Assembly (NCBI GenBank): GCA_963822965.1
Contig: CAWGJT010000006.1
Location: forward strand, 832,001-896,000
Direction of reading: 5' to 3'
Length of the DNA: 64,000 bases
Source of the DNA: an uncultured delta proteobacterium
Lineage (GTDB): Bacteria; Myxococcota_A; UBA9160; UBA4427
Below, in pieces: positions 31,455-40,777 of the stretch. Position 1 is the stretch's first letter. Every line of letters starts with the position of its first letter. A model generated the notes under the pieces. The model did no database searches, was not told where the DNA came from, and saw only the letters and a list, made by a program, of their open reading frames with translations. The position numbers were made by a program, and so were the translations under genes.

Positions 31455-32579
31455 GTGGTATGGTGGCAGCCGAGGTATCGTGGTAGTCGAGATCGATCGT
31501 CGAAGGAGCCCCCCCTGTCGCGAGCTTGTCCGAATGCAGCCTCTCTCCGTGCGGTGCTCCCTGCGGCGCTCGTGGCTCTCGTGCTTGCGGTCGCAACGGG
31601 CCCGGCCCGGGCCAGCGACGGTGTGCTGGAGATCAACCAGGCCTGCGCGGTCGACATGGGCTGCTTCCCGGGCGATGCCGCGGGCTTCCCGGTGACCCTC
31701 ACGGCGCCCGCCAGCTACCGCCTGACCGGCGACCTCGTCGTCCCGGATGAGAACACCACCGGCATCCGCGCCAACACCTCCGGCGTGCGCATCGATCTGA
31801 ACGGCTTCCAGATCGTGCGCTCCGGCTGCGAGGGGGCCGTGACCGACTGCACGCCAGCCTCCGGAACCGGCAGCGGAGTTTCGGCTGGGATCGGGGGGGT
31901 TCACGACGTGTCGGTGCGCAACGGCATCATCGCGGGAATGGGCAACTACGGGGTGGTTCTCTCGACCCAGGCGCTGGTGACGGAGCTCGGGGCTCGCTGG
32001 AATCGCGGCGACGGCATCTTCGTCGGCAGCGAATCGATCGTCTGGCACAGCACGGTGCGTGAGAACGGAGGCAAGGGAATCGTCGCGGGGGTCGCCTCGA
32101 GCATCTCGGAGAACGTCGCGTATGGGAACGGCGGCATCGGAATCCAGGGCTCCACCGGTGCGACCGTCGCGGGCAACACGGTCTACCGGAACGGGGGACA
32201 CGGGATCGACGCGGGCAATGGATCGGCGATCTCGGGCAACTCGGTGCACGACAACACTGGCGACGGCATCCACGCCGCCACCGGAGCGACGATCTCGGGC
32301 AACTCGACGACTCTGAACCACGGAATCGGCATCGACGCCAGCGAGGGGTCGACCGTATCCGGCAATACGGCGTCCAACAACACCGGCGACGGGATCCAGG
32401 TCGCCGTCGGCTCGTTGGTGCAGGGCAACACCGCGTACGCCAACACTGGCTACGGCCTCGATCTCGCCGCCGGCGTCGCCTACCGCGAGAACTCGATCTC
32501 GAACAACTTCACGGGCTCGGTGAACGGCGGTCTCGACCTGGGCGCCAACGCCTGCAACGGATCCGTCGGCTGCCCCTGA
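31455..32579 (+). CDS. Secreted right-handed parallel beta-helix repeat protein (true start probably ~31515-31555)
   Basis: Signal peptide then SDGVLEINQAC, IDLNGF, and many 22-aa (G/S)N...N.G.GI repeats; C-terminal C..C. Confidence 0.85.
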   Translation: MVWWQPRYRGSRDRSSKEPPLSRACPNAASLRAVLPAALVALVLAVATGPARASDGVLEINQACAVDMGCFPGDAAGFPVTLTAPASYRLTGDLVVPDENTTGIRANTSGVRIDLNGFQIVRSGCEGAVTDCTPASGTGSGVSAGIGGVHDVSVRNGIIAGMGNYGVVLSTQALVTELGARWNRGDGIFVGSESIVWHSTVRENGGKGIVAGVASSISENVAYGNGGIGIQGSTGATVAGNTVYRNGGHGIDAGNGSAISGNSVHDNTGDGIHAATGATISGNSTTLNHGIGIDASEGSTVSGNTASNNTGDGIQVAVGSLVQGNTAYANTGYGLDLAAGVAYRENSISNNFTGSVNGGLDLGANACNGSVGCP

Positions 32580-32760
32580 CCCGCCGCACGACTGCTCTCG
32601 AGCAACGGCCATCCGCGGATAGGAGTTTCAGGCCCCACTTTCCGTTCCAGGACCGATAACTCGACGCTATGTCAAGCAGGGTGCGACGGGATCAGACCCC
32701 ATCCCGGGCCCCGTGTCTTTGGGCGAATTTCTCAGGAAGTACGACGGCCATCCGTTTCCC

Positions 32761-32837
32761 GCCACCGGGGAACCCCGGAGGGGTTTGACATAACGCCCCG
32801 ACCCGGGCGTCACGCCAGAACCCAGGTTGTTCGTCCT
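32761..32837. repeat. 77-bp dispersed hairpin element, copy 1
   Basis: 73/77 identical to 37071-37147; contains TTTGACATAA. Confidence 0.92.
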
Positions 32838-33120
32838 TCCATAGGGTCGGAGCGCAAGACGCACTTTCCCCATCGCCGCAGATGCTTCGATCCGGGCCTC
32901 TGCTCCCGCTCTGGCTGGGCGTTCTCGAGTTGAGAGTTGGTGCTCGCGGCTCCGCTCGAGCAGCGCTACATGACCTCGTGCGACAACCTGGGCAAAGGTC
33001 GCCAGCTCCCCAGCCGGCAGCTCGGCAGGGTTCGGCGGCCGGGGTGGTTGCCGCCCGAGCCGGTGACCACGTGCGGACCAAGGCGGTTCAGACGAGTCGG
33101 AGCCGCTAGAATCGTCCGCC

Positions 33121-35679
33121 ATGTCTTTTCCGCGCGCGCTGCGCCTAACTACTCGCCCTGCTCGTCTGATCGCTCTGCTCGCCGTCGCGATTGCGTTCGT
33201 CTGGATTTCCGGGCCGGTCGCTCTGGCGGAGACGCCCTCGCCCGGGACGTCCGGGGTCGAGGCGCCTGTCGAGGCCGGGCCAAAGACGGCACAGCCAGTC
33301 CCTCTGGAAGACGTACCCGATCGCGCGGAGGCCACGCGCGCCGAGCTCGATGCCATCGTCCCCAAGGACGCTCCCAGCCAGCTGCTCGAGCGCATCGGCG
33401 CCGAGGTCGACCGCACGCTCCCGGAGGTCGAATCGCTCCTGGCGACGACCCGGAAGACGCTCGCCGCTCAGCCCGGCATCCGCACCCTGAACGAGAGCGA
33501 GGCCGCGCTGAGCGCGATGCAGGAGCGCCTGCGGCCTTGGGACGACGAGCTCGATCGCCAGCTGGCTGCGCTCCGCCCGGCGCTCGCGCGGCTCGACGCG
33601 TTCGCGGGGGACTGGGAGGCGACCGGCGAGGTCGCCCAGCGAGAGGACGCATCCCCGACGACGCTGAATCTCATCTCGGCCGTGCGTCATGAAATCGACC
33701 GGACGCACTCGGCGGTCCTGGCGCGCCGCAACCAGATCCTGGCCGTGCTCGACCGGCTGGTCGATCCGCGCGCTGCGCTCTCGGCCAGCCTCGCAGAGGT
33801 GCAGAGCGAAACCAAAGCGAGGCTCACGGGCATCTTCCGGGTCGATCGGCCGCCGCTGTGGAGTCCACAGGTGCGCGCTTCGCTCCGCCAGGAGTGGGGC
33901 GCGGTCGGGACGGAGTCCTTCTCGCGACGACTGCAGGAGGGCGGGCAATACGCGCGCGAGCAGGCGCGCATGCTCGGGTTTCAGCTCGCGCTCTTCATCG
34001 TGCTCGGTCTCGTCATGCGTTCGCTCCGCGCGCGTGCCCGAGCGAGGACCCAGGACGACTACGACCTGGGAGATGCCGAGAAGGTCTTCGAACGTCCGTG
34101 GGCGATTGCCCTGGTGATGGCGCTCCTACTCAGCAGCCCGCTCCATCCGCTGGCACCGCGGTACGCCGGCGTCTTCGCGGCCGTGCTGATCATCGTGGCC
34201 GTCGTGCGGATCGGCCGGCGCTTCCTGGCTCCCGCGATGGCGCCCCTGGCCTGGGGCTTCGTCGTCCTCTTCGTCGTCGATCGAAGCCGCGTCCTGCTGG
34301 ACACGGCGCCAACACTCGATCGCGTCGCATTCCTGATGGAAATGGCCGCCGCGCTCGCCTTCCTTTTCTGGCTCCTGCGTCCGCACCGGCTCGCCGCCAT
34401 CCCAACGGAGCTGTTGCGGGCTCCGTTCATGCGAGTCCTCGGCGTCGCCATGCGCGTGGCGGTCGTCCTGCTCGCGCTCGCCATCGCGGCCGACCTGGCG
34501 GGTTGGGGCGATCTCTCCGGCATGCTCGGAAGAGGCGCACTGCGGAGCAGCTTCGTGGGCTTCACCGCCTTCGTGCTCTTCAAGATGGTCGGCAGCCTGG
34601 CGGCCTTCGCGCTGCTTCTATGGCCGCTCAGGCTGCTGCGCTCGATCTCCCAGAATCGACTGCTGGTCCGTCACCGCATCGACCAGGTGCTGGGCGTGGG
34701 CGTTGCCGTCCTGTGGGCCACGGTCGTGCTCGGGCAGCTCGACCTGCTCGGTCCCATCATCGCTGGCGTCGACCGGGTGCTCGGCGCCGCCGTCTCCGTC
34801 GGTGCGCTCTCCGTCTCGGTGCGCGACGTGATGTCATTCGCACTCACCGTCTGGCTCTCGTACCTGCTCGCGCACCTCGTGGACTTCGTCCTCCGTGAGG
34901 ACGTATTCACGCGCATTCGAACCGGCCGCGGCGTGCCGTACGCCATCTCGGGCCTCGTGCGGTACACGTTGGTCTTCTTCGGCTTTCTCGTAGGCCTCTC
35001 GGCGGCGGGCTTCGAGCTCACGAAGCTCACCGTCATCATCGGTGGCCTCGGGGTCGGCGTCGGCTTCGGCCTCCAGAACGTAGTGAGCAACTTCGCATCG
35101 GGCTTGATCCTGCTCTTCGAGCGCCCGATCCAGGTGGGCGACACCGTGCAGCTACCCGACGTCTGGGGCTCGATGAAACGCATCGGGATCCGCGCGAGTG
35201 TGATCCGCAGATTCGACGGAGCCGACGTCATCGTGCCGAACTCGATGCTCATCTCCGACCAGGTCACGAACTGGACCTACGGGGACAGGCTTCGGCGCAT
35301 GGAGATCGACGTGGGCGTCGAGTACGGCACCCCCGCTCGGCGCGTGATCGATCTGCTCGTCGCAGTCGCGAAGGCGAATCCCAAGGTCATCGCCAATCCG
35401 GAGCCTCGCGCCTACTTCACCGACTTCGGCGACAGCTCTCTCGACTTCAAGCTCCGCGTCTGGGTCGAGAACTTCGACGACGGCTATTCGACCCGGAGCG
35501 ACATCGCCGTCGCCGTCCAGCAGGCGCTCGACGAGGCGGGCATCGGCGTGCCCTTCCCGCAGCGCGATCTGCATCTGGTCAGCGTGAGCCCGACCGCGGC
35601 GGCGGACCTTCGCAGCGATGCGTCGCAATCCGCCGAACCCGACACGACCTCGGGTTCGGCCTCGCATTCGGGTGAGTAG
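33121..35679 (+). CDS. Large MscS/MscK-family mechanosensitive channel
   Basis: Periplasmic coiled region, many TMs, GVGVGFGLQNVVSNFASG, ERPIQVGD, IGIRAS, VPNS, PFPQRDLH. Confidence 0.92.
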   Translation: MSFPRALRLTTRPARLIALLAVAIAFVWISGPVALAETPSPGTSGVEAPVEAGPKTAQPVPLEDVPDRAEATRAELDAIVPKDAPSQLLERIGAEVDRTLPEVESLLATTRKTLAAQPGIRTLNESEAALSAMQERLRPWDDELDRQLAALRPALARLDAFAGDWEATGEVAQREDASPTTLNLISAVRHEIDRTHSAVLARRNQILAVLDRLVDPRAALSASLAEVQSETKARLTGIFRVDRPPLWSPQVRASLRQEWGAVGTESFSRRLQEGGQYAREQARMLGFQLALFIVLGLVMRSLRARARARTQDDYDLGDAEKVFERPWAIALVMALLLSSPLHPLAPRYAGVFAAVLIIVAVVRIGRRFLAPAMAPLAWGFVVLFVVDRSRVLLDTAPTLDRVAFLMEMAAALAFLFWLLRPHRLAAIPTELLRAPFMRVLGVAMRVAVVLLALAIAADLAGWGDLSGMLGRGALRSSFVGFTAFVLFKMVGSLAAFALLLWPLRLLRSISQNRLLVRHRIDQVLGVGVAVLWATVVLGQLDLLGPIIAGVDRVLGAAVSVGALSVSVRDVMSFALTVWLSYLLAHLVDFVLREDVFTRIRTGRGVPYAISGLVRYTLVFFGFLVGLSAAGFELTKLTVIIGGLGVGVGFGLQNVVSNFASGLILLFERPIQVGDTVQLPDVWGSMKRIGIRASVIRRFDGADVIVPNSMLISDQVTNWTYGDRLRRMEIDVGVEYGTPARRVIDLLVAVAKANPKVIANPEPRAYFTDFGDSSLDFKLRVWVENFDDGYSTRSDIAVAVQQALDEAGIGVPFPQRDLHLVSVSPTAAADLRSDASQSAEPDTTSGSASHSGE

Positions 35680-35687
35680 AGCTGAGC

Positions 35688-37049
35688 GTGTCTCCTTTGG
35701 AACGAATGGGCTGGTACGCGCGTCGGCTGTGGTGCGTCCTTCCAGCCTCGGTGGTCTTCGCGTCTGCCGCCCCCGCCGCCGAGCGGGAGCTGCAGGAGGC
35801 GCCGCCTCCGAGCTCCGTCGCCGAGATCCGGACCGCGATCCAGCGGATCATCACCCTGCCGCCGGAAAAGAGACGGGCGCTCGTCCCGTGGCTCCACGAG
35901 CCGCTGCAAGAGCTACCGCCCTTCTTCGCCGACACCCAGCTCGAAGCGCGCTTCCGCACCTACTACCTGCGCGAGGACCGAACGAACGGCGTGCTCAGCG
36001 AGGCCTGGGCCATGGGCGGATCGATCTACTACCGCTCGGGCTGGCTCGCGGATTTCTTCCAGGCCGAGGTCGAGGGCTTCACTTCGCAGCCGATCGTCGC
36101 TCCGGAGAGCAAGGGCGGTACGGCGCTGCTCCAGCCGGTGCAGGACGGCTACAGCGTCCTCGGCATCGCGAACGGCAAGCTCCGCTACAAGGGAATCGAG
36201 CTCACCGGAGGCCGCCTCTACCTGGACCTGCCCTTCGTGAATCAGGACGACAGCCGCATGACCCCGAACACCTTCGAGGCCATCACCCTGCAGAAGCCCG
36301 GGGGAGAGCTCGGGTTCACCACGGGCTACGCGTGGAACATCAAGGAGCAGACCTCCAAGGATTTCGTCTCCTTTCCGGAAGCCACGGGGCTGAACGAAGA
36401 GCGTGGCCTCGCCTGGGGCGGCTTGACCTGGCAACCGAACGAGAGCTTCCACGGCGGGGCATATGCCGGCGCCGTTCCCGACCTCGGCGGAAAAGCCTAT
36501 GCCGAGCTGGGCGTCAGGCGCGAGCTGGCGGACGGATGGGATGGGCGGATCGACGGGCAGTTCACGTACCAATTCGATGTCGGCGAGGATCTCCTGGGTG
36601 ACGCGACGAAGGACACCTGGAACCTCGCGATCCGTCCTGCCGTGAGTCACGCGGGAGCGGTCTTCCGCGTGGGCGTGGCCTTTGCCGGCCCGAACGCCAC
36701 CACGGGCTTCTTCGGATCGAGCCCGAGCTACGTCGATCTCATGCAGGAAACCTTCGACCGGCCCAGGGAGAAGGCGCTCCTGGCCAGCCTCTCCTACGAC
36801 TTCGCGGGGGTCGGCATCGACGGTCTCTCCACCATCGCGAACTTCGTGGCCGGCTTCGACGGCAAGGTCGATGGCGGTCGCAGCGACAGGCAAGAGGCGG
36901 ACCTGACGATCGACTACCGCGTGACGAAGGAAGGCTGGATGAAGAGCTTGTGGCTGCGGGTGCGCGGCTCATGGCTCCACGACCAATCCGCTGACCAGGA
37001 CGGTACCCAGGTGCGGGTCATCCTGCGGTACGACCTGCCGGTGATCTGA
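35688..37049 (+). CDS. OprD-family outer membrane porin
   Basis: RTYY.R, YRSGW, LDLPFVNQDDSRMTPNTFE; C-terminal beta-strands. Confidence 0.82.
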   Translation: MSPLERMGWYARRLWCVLPASVVFASAAPAAERELQEAPPPSSVAEIRTAIQRIITLPPEKRRALVPWLHEPLQELPPFFADTQLEARFRTYYLREDRTNGVLSEAWAMGGSIYYRSGWLADFFQAEVEGFTSQPIVAPESKGGTALLQPVQDGYSVLGIANGKLRYKGIELTGGRLYLDLPFVNQDDSRMTPNTFEAITLQKPGGELGFTTGYAWNIKEQTSKDFVSFPEATGLNEERGLAWGGLTWQPNESFHGGAYAGAVPDLGGKAYAELGVRRELADGWDGRIDGQFTYQFDVGEDLLGDATKDTWNLAIRPAVSHAGAVFRVGVAFAGPNATTGFFGSSPSYVDLMQETFDRPREKALLASLSYDFAGVGIDGLSTIANFVAGFDGKVDGGRSDRQEADLTIDYRVTKEGWMKSLWLRVRGSWLHDQSADQDGTQVRVILRYDLPVI

Positions 37050-37070
37050 GCGCCCCACCCCACCAGGCCG

Positions 37071-37147
37071 GCCACCGGGGAACCCCGGATGGGTTTGACA
37101 TGACGCCCCTACCCGGGCGTCACGCCAGAACCCAGCTTGTTCGTCCT
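37071..37147. repeat. 77-bp dispersed hairpin element, copy 2
   Basis: Direct repeat of 32761-32837. Confidence 0.92.
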
Positions 37148-37155
37148 ATGCTCCC

Positions 37156-37218
37156 GTGAGCACCGGCGGACTCGACATGGGCGCGAACTCCTGCAACGGA
37201 ACCCCGGCCTGCCCGTGA
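37156..37218 (+). pseudogene. 3' remnant of a beta-helix gene paralogous to 31455-32579
   Basis: VSTGGLDMGANSCNGTPACP* versus VNGGLDLGANACNGSVGCP*. Confidence 0.75.
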
Positions 37219-37282
37219 GCCGGGGGCGGCCGTCTCCCGCTGGAAGACGTCTGGGACGCGGTCCTGGCTTACCCCGTCGGAT

Positions 37283-39005
37283 TCAGTTCGGGGAGGAAGC
37301 GCCCGGCGCGAGCCCCTCCGAATCCTCGCGGTCGGCTGCGGAATCCGGATCGGCGCCGAGGGATTGCAGATGGCGCGTGGCTCGCTCGATCCGCCTGAAA
37401 TCCCCGCTCCGCGCGGCAAGCGCCCCGACCCGGCGCCACGCGGCGATCCCCTCCTCGACGCGCCCACCGAGCTCGTAGGCCAGCGCCAGATTGTTCCAGG
37501 TCGAGATCGCGTTCGGGCTCTCGACCAGCGAATCCCGATAGGCGTCGATCGCCTCGTCCCAGCGTCCGAGCTCCCGGTACTTGTTTCCGAGGTTGTAGTA
37601 CGCCATGTGCATGCGATTCTCGTTCGCCAGCGGAAGATGGACCAGGACCGCGAGCCCCCCGAGCGCGAGGATCCGGATCCCGCTCGCGACCCAGTCGCGC
37701 GCTCGGAGTCGATCGAAGAGATCCACCGCAGCGAAGGCGGCGAAGGGGATCAGCACGACGACCCCCGGCAGCCGATAGCGCGAGAGGACGAAGAAGGTCA
37801 TCGCGGTCGCGAGATAGACGACGATCGTGGCGTGGACCGGGGCCAGCTCCCGCCAGCGGCGCCCCGTCGACGCGAGCCCGATCAACGAGAAAGGCGCGAG
37901 CAGCCCGAAGGAGACGAGCGGAAGCCGGAGCACCCACGAGAATCGTCGCGACACGTCGATCGACCGGTTGTTCCAGACCTCGTAGGCATTCCAGAAGAGC
38001 CCGAACTTCTTCGCCTCGAGTCGCAACCAATGGAGCGGGTCGGCGCGGATCTCTTCCAGCGTGCGCCCGGACCAGAACGACGAGACCTCGGAGGGCTTGA
38101 GCGATCGCCCGGTCGCTCGCTCCGCCGCCTCCCGGAAGGCCAGGCGCAGCGCCGGCGGCGTATCGGCGCGTTCGCGCGCCCCGATCGGCGGAAGCTTCCA
38201 GGTGCCGTCCGCATGGCGATGATTGCCCATGAAGAGATTCTCACCGCCGGTCGAGTTGAGCAGGACGAGATCGTCCCCGGCCAGATAGTTCTTCAGGGTG
38301 AAGGGCAGGATCAGGGCCAGGATCACGCCAGCAAAGGTCGCGCTCCACGCCAGGCGTCGACCGACACGGTCGGGCCCTCTCGCACCGAAGACGATCCACG
38401 CGACCATGATCGGCGCGATCAACAGGACGCTCTCGCGCGCCAGCACCGAGAGACCCAGGATTCCGCCGCAGAGCGCCCACCGCGCGAGCCCCGGTCGGCG
38501 CAACGCGCGCAACGCCGACCATACGAAGTCCAGCCACGAGCGGGACCTGCAGGTTCACCAGCATCACGGTGCCGCCGTAGAAGATCAGCATGCCGTAGAG
38601 GGCGGCGATCAGCCCGGAGAGCGCCGCGACCCTTCGATCGAAGAGCTCGCGAGCCAGACCCCACACGAGCACGCAGGTCCCGGCGCCGAGCACGGCCTGC
38701 ACGTCCCTCAGGATCGGCAGTCCCTCTCCAAAGACCGCGTAGACCATCGAGATGAAGATCGGATAGAGCGGTCCGAGATAGAGCACGCCCTTCCCCAGCC
38801 ATTCGCCGGCGAGGAGCTGCCTCGCCCATTCGTCGTAGAGCCGGCCGTCGACGCTCCCAATCGTGAAGAAGGGATCGTGGAGGCCGATCTCGCGAAAGTG
38901 CAGGCGTCGAAGGACGAGCGCGACCAGGAAGACGAAGCACGCAACGGCGAGGTCGCGGGACCACCAGGTCGTAGCAGGCGGCGATTCAGGCGACAGATCG
39001 GGCAC
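37283..39005 (-). CDS. GT-C fold (family 39/ArnT-like) membrane glycosyltransferase with C-terminal TPR; frameshift near 38520
   Basis: VDGRLYDEWA, PLYP, GENLFMGN, SRYRLP; TPR YYNLG...WNNLA. Split over track ORFs 38241..39005 and 37283..38512. Confidence 0.82.
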
Positions 39006-39044
39006 GCGGGGATTATATGACGCACCGGCGCCCTGGCGGGCGAT

Positions 39045-39791
39045 TCATCGCTGATCGGCCTCCGCGGTGGATTGGCCCAGCTCGTGCCCGAAGGCCAGTG
39101 CGTCCTGATCGTCGAGTCCAAGCTGTTGGCGCAGCCGGCTCAGCACGACCCGTTCGACGGGGGAGATCCCTCCATCACGCATCGCCTCGGCAACCGCTTC
39201 GCCGTAGATCTGCAGCTGTCGATAGGACCGGTATTCCGGCGTGTCGCGCACCGAGGGCATCGCCTGGCTCGCGAACCGCTCGACCGCACGCTGGAGCGGC
39301 GCCAGGGCGAAGCCGAGCGCACCGGCCGCGAGGATGCCGGTCACGCTGCCGAGCTGATCGGAGAGGAAGTTGGCGGCCCCTTCGGACACCACGTAGAAGA
39401 CCGCGACGAAGACCGCGGCGATCGCGCCGCGCTCGAGCGTCCATTTCACCTTCAGATCGATGTCGAAGAGATTGGCGTTCTCGACACCGTAGGCGGTCAG
39501 CACGACGTAGAGAACGAGTCCGCACGTGGTCAACGCGCTGAATAGCCAAGGCACGCTGACGATGACGCCCGAGGCCCCGAAGAGCGCACCGGTGAGCCCG
39601 ATCGAGTAGACGACGCCCCAGCTCGCGCCGCGCGCGCCGAAGGCCAGGGCGAGCATCGGCGCCTGGTGGCGTGCGAGGGGACCGTGCGCGGCGTGCCGAG
39701 CGACCAACGTGGCAATCAGCCCGAAGGAGTAGCTGAGGACGAGCAATGCAAAGAGAGCCCGCCACCGGGGAACTCCGGAGGGATTTGACAT
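39045..39791 (-). pseudogene. Membrane protein with TerB-like C-terminus, apparently 5'-truncated at repeat copy 3
   Basis: TM segments then LFDIDLKVK...AMRDGGISPVERVVLSRLRQQLGL. The ATG taken as the start lies inside the repeat. Confidence 0.6.
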
Positions 39792-39807
39792 AACGCCCCT
39801 ACCCGGG
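39761..39807. repeat. Dispersed hairpin element, copy 3 (partial)
   Basis: 44/47 identical to the first 47 bp of copy 1; the terminal TTCGTCC recurs at 39824-39830. Confidence 0.88.
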
Positions 39808-39902
39808 GCTTCCTCGTGGGGTCTTCGTCCGGCGCCCACTCGTGGAGGAGATCCCGGGACGCTTATCGCGTAGCATCGCCGGGAGCCTTGCTGGAGCTGC
39901 AG

Positions 39903-40691
39903 ATGTCGTCGAAGTGGCGTGCGATGGGTCGGACGGTCGCGGTAGGGGCCGGCATTCTCCTGATGGCCGGGTCGGTGGGCGCGGAAACCGTCCTCATCGA
40001 GGCGGTCGCCGACGCGACGCTCATCCAGGACCCCGACGGGGCGCTCGCCAACGGCTCGGGGCCCGTGTTCTTCGTCGGTCGCAACAACCAGCGCGAGAAC
40101 AGCGTGCGTCGGTCCGTCGTCCGCTTCGACGTCGCGTCGGCCCTGCCCGCGAGGGCCCGGATCGAGGACGTGCGGCTCACCCTCTACATGACACCCAGCA
40201 ACGCGGCTCCGCGAATGCTCCGTCTCCACCGTGTGCTGAGCGCCTGGGGCGAGGGGGATTCGTACGCCACGGGAGGCGGCGGAGCGACGTCGTCCCCGGG
40301 CGACGCGACGTGGATTCACACGCTCTACGACGAGCTTCGCTGGCGACATGCGGGTGGCGACTTCGTTCCGCGCATGAGCGCCGTGCGGAGGGTCGCCGGC
40401 TCGGGGCTCTACGCCTGGGAGGGCACGCGGAAGATGAAGGCGGACGTCCTCCTGTGGCTGTGGGCTCCGCAGCGCAACTTCGGCTGGATCCTCATCGGGG
40501 ACGAGAGCAGCCCACAGACGGCGAAGAGCTTTGCGAGCCGGGAAGCGCCGGATCCCTCGATCCGGCCCGTGCTCGAGGTGCGGTACCGCCTCCCGGGACG
40601 TCAGGCGGCCGCCGAGCCGCCTTGCGGTTGGCGGGGCGCGATGCACCAGCCCGCGCGGGCAGTGTGCCCCCTTGTCCCGCACGGTCGCTGA
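39903..40691 (+). CDS. Secreted DNRLRE-domain protein
   Basis: Signal peptide, DATL, RRSVVRFDV, WGEG, GDATW, NFGWIL.GDE, F.SRE..RP.LEV.Y. Confidence 0.82.
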   Translation: MSSKWRAMGRTVAVGAGILLMAGSVGAETVLIEAVADATLIQDPDGALANGSGPVFFVGRNNQRENSVRRSVVRFDVASALPARARIEDVRLTLYMTPSNAAPRMLRLHRVLSAWGEGDSYATGGGGATSSPGDATWIHTLYDELRWRHAGGDFVPRMSAVRRVAGSGLYAWEGTRKMKADVLLWLWAPQRNFGWILIGDESSPQTAKSFASREAPDPSIRPVLEVRYRLPGRQAAAEPPCGWRGAMHQPARAVCPLVPHGR

Positions 40692-40777
40692 GCGGGAAGT
40701 TTTTCCCAAACCAGGGCGCTCGGGACGGGTCCGTGACCGGCACGCAATGTGCAGAACCCTGCCAGGGAGGTTCTGCG

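Noticed and set aside
32785..32815. TTGACA in the repeat as a -35 promoter box
   Set aside because: No plausible -10 hexamer 16-18 nt downstream in any copy.
32761..39830. CRISPR array or canonical integron attC reading of the 77-bp repeats
   Set aside because: Spacing is kilobases and there are no cas genes. There is no integron integrase and no clear RYYYAAC...GTTRRRY pairing at the element ends.
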